This document shows positions 27,242 through 36,800 of a stretch of 64,000 nucleotides of DNA, in pieces (the first letter of the stretch is position 1; each line of letters begins with the position of its first letter). The notes under the pieces were generated by a model. That model was given only the letters and a program-made list of their open reading frames with translations. It searched no databases and had not been told where the DNA came from. Source of the stretch: Candidatus Woesearchaeota archaeon (GTDB lineage: Archaea; Nanobdellota; Nanobdellia; Woesearchaeales; ARS49). The stretch covers positions 32,001 to 96,000 of the forward strand of contig JAWADY010000002.1 of the NCBI GenBank assembly GCA_038891615.1, in the 5' to 3' direction. A program made the translations under genes and the position numbers.

Positions 27242-28774
27242 ATGAAAAAAGAGGGCACGAAGTGTTTTTTGATTCTCTCAATACTCCTTGTGCTTCTTGC
27301 GGGTTGTGGTGGAGGAGGTGGCGCCGCGCTTAGCATATCTCATGTTGGGCAAGCTTTTGTTGGAGAAAAGGTTGATATTTTAGGGAGTTATCAAGGCGAT
27401 TTACCTGGTGGAATAGCGAGTTGGAGTTGCAATCTTTTTGTTGATGGCTCTGACAAAGGAAGGATGGAACTTACAATGTCGGGTGGGATTACCACTGCTA
27501 GGACCCAGTACACATTTACAACGCCAGGAACTCACACTTTGCAGATTAAATGCAAGGGCCCCAACCAGGAAGCTGGAAGTTCTCAAAGTTCAATAACAAT
27601 TTTACTAGACACTGAACCTCCAACAGTTGCCATAGCGCAGTATCCTTCAGAAGTACTGGTTTATGAGACTGTTCATGTTTCTGGAAGCTATTCTGATAAT
27701 TCCGGAGTAACGAGTTGCAATCTTTTTGTTAACGGTGCTGACACGGGGCGAATTAAGTTGAGTTCCTACGCAGAGAAAACAGGAGCTGCTTATGGTTCAT
27801 ATGTTGCAACAAAAGTTGGAACTAATACCTTGCAGCTCAAGTGTGAGGATGGTTCGGGTAATGAAGGCATGAGTTCTCAGGTCACAATAGAAATTTTACC
27901 AGACTTAGTCCCACCATCACTTACCATAGTTCATAAACCAGAATCACTAGTAGATGAGACGGTTTATGTTTCAGGTACCTATTCTGATAATTCCGGAGTA
28001 ACGAGTTGCAATCTTTTTGTTGATGGTGCTAACAAAGGAGTGATGAGCTTAAAAGGAGATAAAAAAGCAGGGACTGCTCAGGGCTCATATGTTTTTACAA
28101 TGCCAGGAAATCATACCTTTCAGATTAAATGCAAGGATCTTTCAGGGAATGAGGGTGCTAGTGTTTTAAGTACTATAAAAATCTCTTTCCCAGAGCTAGA
28201 CTCTTATCGTGGAGACCCTCAGCTTGACTCAAAAAGGCAGATGTGTAAGAGAGCCACAGAAGTGTTTAAGTTTATCAGCACAGGTACAAAGTGTTGTGGT
28301 GGTGATGATGCTGGTGAGTACTATAATGATCCTTACTACCAAGAGCCTGGTTATGAGAACAGTGGTGGGTGCTGGAATAGCGGAGTTAAGTACAGTGGTG
28401 TTTATGACATTGCTGGTGGCAAGGTTGCTGTTATTAATGGAAGCTTTCATGGCTGTTCTATAGACCAAACAATTGCCGCGATAAGGGATACACACACCGG
28501 GTCTCAGCTTGTTATTAATTCAACACTTTGCGAAGCTTTTTTTGATGCCCCTTCAAAGACTTGGTTGACTTGTAATGTCAGTGGTGCTTGGAAGCTAGGA
28601 AAGGCTGTCAAGAGTAACATTACTTGGCCTCCTGCTAAAGGTGAAACAAGCTTTGGTTGCTGCCCAGAAAATGAGTGCTGGGATGGCACAAGGTGTGTTA
28701 GGCTTAATACTATTAAGAAGACGGGTGTCGGTGCTTTTGTTTGTACAGCAGAAGGTTTTGTACGCCAAGGCTAA
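27242..28774 (+). CDS. Lipoprotein with three Ig-like repeats and Cys-rich C-terminal domain
   Basis: Lipobox LLAGC; repeats of SGxYSD..VxSCNLFVxG...GxxTxQxKCxD.GNEG; identical 43-bp segments at 27688 and 27979. Confidence 0.75.
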   Translation: MKKEGTKCFLILSILLVLLAGCGGGGGAALSISHVGQAFVGEKVDILGSYQGDLPGGIASWSCNLFVDGSDKGRMELTMSGGITTARTQYTFTTPGTHTLQIKCKGPNQEAGSSQSSITILLDTEPPTVAIAQYPSEVLVYETVHVSGSYSDNSGVTSCNLFVNGADTGRIKLSSYAEKTGAAYGSYVATKVGTNTLQLKCEDGSGNEGMSSQVTIEILPDLVPPSLTIVHKPESLVDETVYVSGTYSDNSGVTSCNLFVDGANKGVMSLKGDKKAGTAQGSYVFTMPGNHTFQIKCKDLSGNEGASVLSTIKISFPELDSYRGDPQLDSKRQMCKRATEVFKFISTGTKCCGGDDAGEYYNDPYYQEPGYENSGGCWNSGVKYSGVYDIAGGKVAVINGSFHGCSIDQTIAAIRDTHTGSQLVINSTLCEAFFDAPSKTWLTCNVSGAWKLGKAVKSNITWPPAKGETSFGCCPENECWDGTRCVRLNTIKKTGVGAFVCTAEGFVRQG

Positions 28775-28815
28775 AGCTTTAAATAATTCATGCAAGAATT
28801 TAGTTTGGAAAAAGA
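28277..28815 (+). repeat. 539-bp direct repeat, copy 1
   Basis: Near-identical and colinear with 31105-31643; spans C-terminal domain, stop codon and downstream 41 nt. Confidence 0.95.
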
Positions 28816-28960
28816 AAGGTTCTCAAAAATTCCAATTTTTATAGTCGCAGACCAAGAAGATGCCTAAAGGGTACTGTGTCTCTTTGCCAAAAACTCGAGT
28901 ATCGAACTTTGCAGCAGTGAATGAATAAAATTTATAAACACCTTTTGGCTCATTCACGAA

Positions 28961-29392
28961 ATGCGTAAAAAAAGAGGAGCAAAAATTAGCACATTCTCTG
29001 GCATTGTTCTTATCGTTATCGTTGTAGTGGTTGTTCTTTTTGTTCTTTTTAAACCTTTTCAAAGGCAAAATGTTCAAAAGGTTCCTTTTACTGAGGCCCT
29101 TCGCTCGGTCAATCCTCTTGTTTCAGAATGCATCTTGTTTGGCATTGGAAAGTTTTATCCAGATGCTGATGTTGATGATGTTCCTGACATTTGTGAGGTT
29201 TGCTTAGGCTCTAATGATTTGAATGATTCTGACTTTGACAGGATGCCTAATGGTTGTGATGCTCATCCTTCTACTTCAGGAAATCCTGTTATGGAATGCT
29301 GTGATGCTCCTGTACAAGAGCCTGTTCCTGGCTCAGGCGCTTGTGCAAGGCTTGTTTCAACGCAGCCATTACAGTGCAAGGCAAGGGTTTGA
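28961..29392 (+). CDS. Membrane-anchored/pilin-like protein with thrombospondin type 3-like Ca-binding repeats
   Basis: RKKRGA + hydrophobic helix; DADVDDVPDIC, DSDFDRMPNGCD; paralog of 48639 ORF. Confidence 0.65.
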   Translation: MRKKRGAKISTFSGIVLIVIVVVVVLFVLFKPFQRQNVQKVPFTEALRSVNPLVSECILFGIGKFYPDADVDDVPDICEVCLGSNDLNDSDFDRMPNGCDAHPSTSGNPVMECCDAPVQEPVPGSGACARLVSTQPLQCKARV

Positions 29393-29397
29393 CAAAA

Positions 29398-31602
29398 ATG
29401 CGAACATCAAAAGGGTTGTGGCTTAATGCTTTTGTGCTTCTGCTTTTCCTTCAAACAGTCTCTGTTGTTGGTGCGCAAACATGGTCTGTTAGTAGCAGCC
29501 CTGACATTCCTACAAAAATTGCTGTTGATTCCTCACAAGTTTATGTCTTAGGTGATGATCAAAACTATCGCCATTTCAGAATAGAAAGACGAGACAAAAG
29601 TTCTGGTAATTTATTAGGCGCTGTTAAAGACTCTGACTACCAACTTTCAAATTGGGGCGCTTATGGAAGTGCTATGGCTATTGATGCAGATTCAGTGTAT
29701 GTTGCAGGAGGTTTTGATTGCAAGGGAGGAAATGAAAGGTGTCCTTTCGACGTTGATAATACCGCTGCATTTGTTATAAAAATAGGTAAAGATTTTAGCA
29801 CTAACAATCCTAGTCGAAAATGGTTAAGAATCGACAACCCAAGCTATGGTGATGACTTTGTTAATGCGATTTTTGTGGACGACGCTGTTTATGCTGTGGG
29901 TCATTATGTCGATCGGTTTTGGGTGTGCCCTCAGGGTGCGCCTTCCTGTACAGTATATCCAGCCACAAATCAGCGCCCAACAGACTGCAGCAAGCCTCTT
30001 ACCACGTGTTACGCGGTTTCAGGTTGGTGGCTTAGAAAACTTGATAAATCAACAGGAGCTGTGCTTTGGGAGAAAAAATTCAGGCCAGGAGACCCTACTT
30101 ATAGTGCTTACTCTGCAGCATCCGTAATTGCTGCAGATAACCAATATCTCTACATTGCAGGCTTCTATCATATTATGTATGGCAATACTGCTTTAAGGCT
30201 TGAGAAGAGATATAAATCAAATGGTGAATTGGTTAAAGGCTTTGGTTCAGGGGGGGTGATAATTTTTAATCCATCAGAAGGAAGTGATTATCCTGAAGAT
30301 ATTGAAGTTGGGGATGGTTATATTTATTTGGTTGCTCGCACAAGTTATCCATATCTTATATTTATTCAAAAATATGATTCAACGACAGGCGAACTAAGAG
30401 CATTTATCAATCTTGCTGAGTCTAACATTGCCAAAGACCTTTTGTTTGATTCCCCTTCAGTTTATATTGCAGGTTCTAAAGGAGGTCAAAGTGCAGGATT
30501 TATTGAAAAAAGGAACGCTTTGAACTTGTCCCTCCTTGTTCCTGAGTTCGGCAGTGCTGGTGTTTTGGAATGGAATCCTAATCCCTCTCGTCCATATGAT
30601 GTTGTTTTTTCGATTTCTGCAGATTCTGACTACATCTATGTTGGTGGTAGTAACGCCACCACTGACGGCTCTCGTTATTGGCTAATTGAAAGGCGCGACA
30701 AGAGGACAGGAGCAGGAGTGACTGCAGCAAAACCAGACTCAACGCCACCAATAGTCACCATTTATACTACAAGCATAACTGTGGAAGTCGATGCATCAGT
30801 TTCTATTTCTGGTAGTTATTCTGATGATTCTGGCGTTTCTAGTTGTAGGCTTTTTGTTGACAGCGCTGATAGAGGTGCAATGAGCTTAAGTGCGCCTGGT
30901 CAAAAAACAGGTACTGCTTCAAGCTCTCTTACATTCACACAGCCTGGAAGTCACAACTTTCAGATAAAGTGTAAGGATTTGGCAGGAAATGAAGGGGTTA
31001 GTTCTTTTGGTACAGTCACTGTTACACCTCCTGAGTATGATTCTTATCGTAATGATCCAATGCTTAGTTCGAGGCGGCAACGTTGTAAGAACGCTGGGTT
31101 TGTTAGCACAGGCACAAAGTGTTGTGGTGGTGATGATGCTGGTGAGTACTATAATGATCCTTATTACCCAGAGTCTGGTTATGAGAACAGTGGTGGGTGC
31201 TGGAATAGCGGAGTTAAGTACAGTGGTGTTTATGGCATTGCTGGTGGTAAGGTTGCTGTTATTAATGGAAGTTTTTATGGCTGTTCTATAGACCAAACAA
31301 TTGCCGCGATAAGGGATACACACACCGGGTCTCAGCTTGTTATTAATTCAACACCTTGCGAAGCTTTTTTTGATGCTCCTTCGAAGACTTGGTTGACTTG
31401 TAATGTCAGTGGTGCTTGGAACCAAGGAAGGTCTATCAAGAGTAACATTACTTGGCCTCCTTCTCTAAACGAGACAAGCTTTGGTTGTTGCCCAGAAAAT
31501 GAGTGCTGGGATGGCACAAGGTGTGTTAGACTTAATACTATTAAGAAAACAAGTGTCGGCGCTTTTGTTTGTACAGCAGAAGGTTTTGTACGCCAAGGCT
31601 AA
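29398..31602 (+). CDS. Secreted beta-propeller + Ig-like + Cys-rich C-terminal domain protein
   Basis: Signal peptide; repeated AxDxxxxYxxG...IExRDKxxG blades; one Ig-like repeat and tail shared with 27242 ORF. Confidence 0.75.
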   Translation: MRTSKGLWLNAFVLLLFLQTVSVVGAQTWSVSSSPDIPTKIAVDSSQVYVLGDDQNYRHFRIERRDKSSGNLLGAVKDSDYQLSNWGAYGSAMAIDADSVYVAGGFDCKGGNERCPFDVDNTAAFVIKIGKDFSTNNPSRKWLRIDNPSYGDDFVNAIFVDDAVYAVGHYVDRFWVCPQGAPSCTVYPATNQRPTDCSKPLTTCYAVSGWWLRKLDKSTGAVLWEKKFRPGDPTYSAYSAASVIAADNQYLYIAGFYHIMYGNTALRLEKRYKSNGELVKGFGSGGVIIFNPSEGSDYPEDIEVGDGYIYLVARTSYPYLIFIQKYDSTTGELRAFINLAESNIAKDLLFDSPSVYIAGSKGGQSAGFIEKRNALNLSLLVPEFGSAGVLEWNPNPSRPYDVVFSISADSDYIYVGGSNATTDGSRYWLIERRDKRTGAGVTAAKPDSTPPIVTIYTTSITVEVDASVSISGSYSDDSGVSSCRLFVDSADRGAMSLSAPGQKTGTASSSLTFTQPGSHNFQIKCKDLAGNEGVSSFGTVTVTPPEYDSYRNDPMLSSRRQRCKNAGFVSTGTKCCGGDDAGEYYNDPYYPESGYENSGGCWNSGVKYSGVYGIAGGKVAVINGSFYGCSIDQTIAAIRDTHTGSQLVINSTPCEAFFDAPSKTWLTCNVSGAWNQGRSIKSNITWPPSLNETSFGCCPENECWDGTRCVRLNTIKKTSVGAFVCTAEGFVRQG

Positions 31603-31643
31603 AGCTTTAAATAATTCATGCAAGAGTTTAGTTTGGAAAAAGA
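31105..31643 (+). repeat. 539-bp direct repeat, copy 2
   Basis: Near-identical with 28277-28815. Confidence 0.95.
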
Positions 31644-31653
31644 GGTGTTGTGA

Positions 31654-32685
31654 ATGCGTGGCGTGGCTTTGTTTTTAGTTCTTTTACTAATTTTCTTATT
31701 TCTCATACCAACACCCGTAAGCGCAGGGGTTTGGACGAAAGTCTATGAAAAGCCAAGCCCAAGCTGGCAGTACACTGGCTATTGCGATTCCACTAAAAAA
31801 TGTTTCTATGGCATTGTCAATCAGTTTGGTGATTTAAGTGAAAGTTCTTGTTCTGATATCAGTGCTTGTTATTGCATTGACTCAAATCAAGCAATAAAAG
31901 ACAATTATTGTGAAGATGGTAATTGGACTACTAGAACAAAATTTGTTGCTCAAAAACTTGCTGATTTTGCAACAGGTTATGGCAATTTTGCACTTTATTG
32001 TGATAGTGCATTTGCTGTTTTTCCAGCAATGCCTGCTTACTTTCCATCCTCAGATTTCAACAACTGGTGCATCCTTCGCTATGGCCCAAACCTCGAAAAT
32101 TTAGCATTCGGAACAAGCTTGAACAAGCAGTTAGCCCAGGACACTTTTGAACCTTACTTTAACCTTAAGAACTTTGATCCTGCAGCATGTGTAACAGCTG
32201 TTGGCTGGAAGCAGTGCGGGGTTAATTCAAAACTTTGGTTCAATCCGCAACTCAACGCAACAATATGGTTGCCCAGCGGAAGCCTTGGGACAACAACTCT
32301 TAACATAAGGACTTTGTTTAATGGCATAAAATACTTTTTCCTCCAAAAGCTTGCAAGCCACTCCCAGCGAATTTCAGCTTTCACACTTCTAAACAGAACA
32401 GAGGCTTTTGACAGAATATACTATGCAAAGGCAGGCAACAAAATGGTTTTCGCCTATGCAGAAAGCAAATTTGTTAATGAAACTTTTATGTCATCAATAG
32501 GAGGAGAGCATTCTGGGCTTGATTTTGTTTGTTCTGTTGTAAGCAACTATTGCCTTAACCATGCTTGCGATTATTGGAGCTGTGACGATTCAAGCTTTAA
32601 GATATACCACTGGGGCTTACCATCAACAGACCTTAGCGCAAGATGGCAGGACTTAACTTCAAAACTACGACTCCAGACAACATAA
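31654..32685 (+). CDS. Secreted Cys-rich hypothetical protein
   Basis: Sec-type signal ending VSA; several Cys pairs; GAGGTG upstream. Confidence 0.7.
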   Translation: MRGVALFLVLLLIFLFLIPTPVSAGVWTKVYEKPSPSWQYTGYCDSTKKCFYGIVNQFGDLSESSCSDISACYCIDSNQAIKDNYCEDGNWTTRTKFVAQKLADFATGYGNFALYCDSAFAVFPAMPAYFPSSDFNNWCILRYGPNLENLAFGTSLNKQLAQDTFEPYFNLKNFDPAACVTAVGWKQCGVNSKLWFNPQLNATIWLPSGSLGTTTLNIRTLFNGIKYFFLQKLASHSQRISAFTLLNRTEAFDRIYYAKAGNKMVFAYAESKFVNETFMSSIGGEHSGLDFVCSVVSNYCLNHACDYWSCDDSSFKIYHWGLPSTDLSARWQDLTSKLRLQTT

Positions 32686-32686
32686 A

Positions 32687-33874
32687 ATGGTAGGTATCAA
32701 AATTTCGAAAAAAGGGCAGCTCACTGTAGCAATAATACTTGGTCTTGGCATTTTAATAGTCGTTGCATTTTTGATTTATGTTGTTAGCACAGCAACAACA
32801 AAGCGAGCAGAGGCAACAACTCGTGCACAAGAGCTTGTTGTACAGCTTTCATCATCACTTGAGGAATTTGTCACAAGCTGCTTAAAGCTTACTGCTCTTG
32901 ATGGCATTGTCTTATTAGGGATGCAAGGAGGATTAATAACTCCACAAAATTATGTTAGCTACGCTGGATATAACACGAGCTTTGGAATACTGCCAATGTC
33001 AAAAAACGTCTTTGCGTTTAAGAAAGCACCGCCAGAATATCCCTACTCCCCATTCCCAAAACCGCCAATATTTCCTTCTGCACCAACATACGGCTATTAC
33101 GGTGATATAAGTATAGTGACTGAAAAAAGACTTTCTGCGGAGCTGAGCTCATACATAGAATCAAATATCCAAAGCTGCACTGATTGGTCAAGCTTTGCAC
33201 AGAAAGGGATTGATGTAAAAGTTGGTAAACCATCAGCGGATGTCCTTTTTGGAGACTCTGACACAACAGTCTCGCTTAGGTGGCGAATAGAGGCAAAAAG
33301 CGGCCAGGCAGAAGCGGTCATAAACAAATTTGCAGCAAGCATTCCGGTTAGAATGAAGGTTGTACGTAACTATGCTCTCGAGATAGCCTCAAATGACACC
33401 CTTTACTATGACTATGAGCCTAGCAGTGCTCCAGCAGTCCAGGTTTTCAAAAGGGTTGATGGCAAAAGCGACATAATTCAAATCACAGATACGCTTTCAA
33501 AAGTTGACACAAAACCGTTTATCTTCAGGTTTGCAAGAAAGAATAGGCCTCCTGTGCTTTTCGATTCTGATATTAAATTGCGATTTAATGAAATTTTTGC
33601 TTGCCCAGGCGATGTTATAAGTTTTGATGGCAAGACATTCAAAATAACTAAACAAAATGGTGACATTCGCTTTTCTTTTGCACCAAATGCAACAGATTTT
33701 GATGAAGATTCTAGTTTATCATTTAATGTTTCTGATAGAGGTGGTGAGCCCTTTCCTTTAAGCACAACTCAGCAAATGGCAAATATTGGTAAAAGAGAAC
33801 TAAGAATAGAAGTCAGTGATGGTCTTGAAAAAGATTGGTATGATGCAAGCCTGACTTTAAAAACAAAATGTTAA
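32687..33874 (+). CDS. Class III signal peptide (pilin-like) surface protein
   Basis: SKKG/QLTVAIILGL.. hydrophobic helix; FVTSCL, LGMQGG, C-terminal NRPPVL..DFDED..VSDG Ig/cadherin-like. Confidence 0.7.
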   Translation: MVGIKISKKGQLTVAIILGLGILIVVAFLIYVVSTATTKRAEATTRAQELVVQLSSSLEEFVTSCLKLTALDGIVLLGMQGGLITPQNYVSYAGYNTSFGILPMSKNVFAFKKAPPEYPYSPFPKPPIFPSAPTYGYYGDISIVTEKRLSAELSSYIESNIQSCTDWSSFAQKGIDVKVGKPSADVLFGDSDTTVSLRWRIEAKSGQAEAVINKFAASIPVRMKVVRNYALEIASNDTLYYDYEPSSAPAVQVFKRVDGKSDIIQITDTLSKVDTKPFIFRFARKNRPPVLFDSDIKLRFNEIFACPGDVISFDGKTFKITKQNGDIRFSFAPNATDFDEDSSLSFNVSDRGGEPFPLSTTQQMANIGKRELRIEVSDGLEKDWYDASLTLKTKC

Positions 33875-36800
33875 GAAAAGAAGTTATTGGAATCTTTGTA
33901 GTGCTGTTCTTCGTAGTAATTGGAATCGCGGTCATTGCACAGGAAGAAAAAACAGGTTGTTGTTGTGATGAAAATGGAACTGCAATGGATTACAGTCCTT
34001 TCCATACCCAAAATGAGTGCACTGATCCATTCACCATTCTTGTTCCACTTTCTTCAGAAAACATAAGCAAGTATACTCCTGACAACATCTCAAAAATATG
34101 TATAGACGCTTGTGGTGGTGCAGCCCCTAAGCCTTTACCATTGCCACTTGCTCCAAAAATAACTTTTTTTAAAGCAGAACCGTTGATGGGCCAAAAGAAA
34201 TTTTTGCTCACCTGGGAGATAAATCAAACACCAAATGTCATCTATATAGACAGGTGCAAAGGAAATGACTGCACTAATTTTGGCAACATTGCAACCTTTG
34301 CTGGAACCTCAAGGTCTTATGTCGATGATGATGCAAGCCTTGAGTGGCTAACAAATTACACCTACAGGTTGAGGATTGTCAATACAATTACAAGCCCACC
34401 ACAAGAATCAAGCATGACAGCATCCTCAAGCCTTGGCGACATTGAGTGCTGGAATCGATTCGACAAAACTCCTTTCTGCATTTCAGAGTACTACTATTGG
34501 AATGAGCCTATTCAGAGCTATCTCAAGAATTTTGGCTATTTTGGTTTCAGTTTCACTGATAATTTTGCAAGACAGGTGCGGACTGTTTTTGGAGTAACAA
34601 ATCTTGACCACATAGGAAAGCTCGACTCAAGATGTCATGTGGTTGGCATAAACAGACTCAGTCAGTCTTCCTCAAGGTGCAAGAGCAACGAGACTTGCCT
34701 TGTTGTGGATTCAAACACAATCTGCATAACCCCTTCACCTTGCGATACAAGCTTTAATGCAACCTCTGCTTCTTGTGAAAACACCCCTTCAGGTACTCCA
34801 AGCTATTGTTTCTCTGATAAGAGCCAAAGTGTTATTGAGCGCTGCTACAGTTGTGATAAAAGGATGAGCTGCTATGACTATCGTTCAAAAGAGGCCTGTG
34901 AGAGGGATGCATGCGGAATTGGAGATTGTATATGGAAGCCAACTTATGGAGCAATTGGAGTTGGAGTTTGCATCAATCCTTCTCAAAACAACTGTCTGCT
35001 TTGTGACAAGAAAACAGGAGACCTTCTTTCAGGCTTGGATTCAAAAAAATGGCCTAGTCTTTTGGCTTATAATGAGCTTTTTGACGCCTGCTCACAGCTA
35101 AAGGCAGAAGCTCTTGGCAAATGCCTTGCCGTGACAGACCCTTCAACAGGAAAAACTTCTCCAAAGACTTGCGAACAAGCAACCTGCAGCGATTATAAAA
35201 CTCAGCAAGAATGTAATGCCGACACTTGTGGGTTGGGAATATGCAAATGGTTTGACTCACCCACCTTCCGCGGCTGTGCAAAGGATGCTGACACCCCTCC
35301 TCAAGCCCCTGCAACAGATAGTGATGGTGATGGTATTCCTGATTGGTGGGAAATCAAGTATGGTTTGAATCCTAACAATCGTGATGATGCTGGTAGTGAT
35401 TCTGATGGTGATGGCTTGAGCAATTTGGATGAATGGTTGCGTGGGACCCTTCCAAACAATCCTGATAGTGATGGTGATGGTGTCTCTGATCTTAATGATA
35501 ATTGCCCTGGTACTCCTTCAAACACTTTTCAAGTTGATAGCAATGGGTGCCCTCTTCCTGTTAGTGATACCACTGATTCTGATGATGATGGTATTCCTGA
35601 TTGGTGGGAAAGAAAGTATGGTTTGAATCCTAACAATCCTGCTGATGCTGGTAGTGATTCTGATGGTGATGGCTTGAGCAATTTGGATGAATGGTTGCGT
35701 GGGACTCTTCCTAACAATCCTGATAGTGATGGTGATGGTGTTTCTGATCTTAATGATCAACATCCTGGTACTCCTTCAAACACTCAAGTTGATAGCAATG
35801 GGCGCCCACCTCAAGGCAATGGCAAGCCGGATTGCATTGATCCAAACACAGGTGAAATAGATCCTGCGTGCGAAGCAGACAAGTGGTCACCTGAAACAGT
35901 CATTATCCCTGTGGGTGACAGAGGGGCTGTAAAATACCTATACATACAAATTACTGACCAGTTCAAAAGCACAGGTGAAAAATTAACTATTGCGCACTCT
36001 GGAACTGGAACAAAGGCAGAGTACTTTCCTAAAGGCTACAGCACTTTTCTTTGCGTTGGTAGCCTTTGCTCACCAAATGTTCGTGTGAACGCAACTCCCT
36101 TGACTGTTGTAAATGGCTTCTTGACAATAAATGGTAAGCCTCTTGGACTGCAGCTTAAGGATGGTTCCAACATCTTAAGATTCTACTCACAAGACCCTGC
36201 AAATAATAATGAACAAGTTAAGCAGCTAGAGGTGAATGCCTGCACAGGCTGTCAGGGACCTGCTCTCATTACTCCAATTGATATCGAAGGCGCAAGAATT
36301 GTAAATGGTGAGTATTATACAAAGCTAACACAGCCGCAAATAAAGCTATCCTTTGATGCAAAGGCAGAACTTGTTTTAAAGAGGCTTGTTTTTGGCAATT
36401 CTTTTACTGAGCTTAGCTCAAGCCCACAATCCGGCTTCAGCCAAAACTACACATTACTACCTCCTGAGCTAGCAGAAGCAAAGTATGTTCTGCAAATAAA
36501 TGCTCGTGGAGAAAATGGAATCTCGAGCTCTAATACGCCTTACAGCTTCAATTTGACGATAGACAAAACCCCGCCACTCCTTTCATTCAATGTTGAACAA
36601 AACAGCATCTTAGAAAACCCAGACCAGTCTTTTGTGCTTAGCTTTAATGAGCCTGTCTTTGTTACTTCCATTTTTTTCGATGAAGAGCATGTTGCTCAAA
36701 ATGGTCGCAAGTATGTTTTTACAAGAAATCTAACCTCTGAACTCAAGCAAGTGAATAGCAGCAAATATAACCTAACTGTTAATGGAATTCCTGATGGGCA

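Noticed and set aside
28277-31643. Diversity-generating retroelement TR/VR pair
   Set aside because: Mismatches are mostly C/T and mixed rather than adenine-specific, both copies are coding, and there is no reverse transcriptase in the window
35317-35807. CRISPR array or mobile repeat
   Set aside because: In-frame intragenic duplication encoding DxDxDG repeats; no spacer structure and no cas genes
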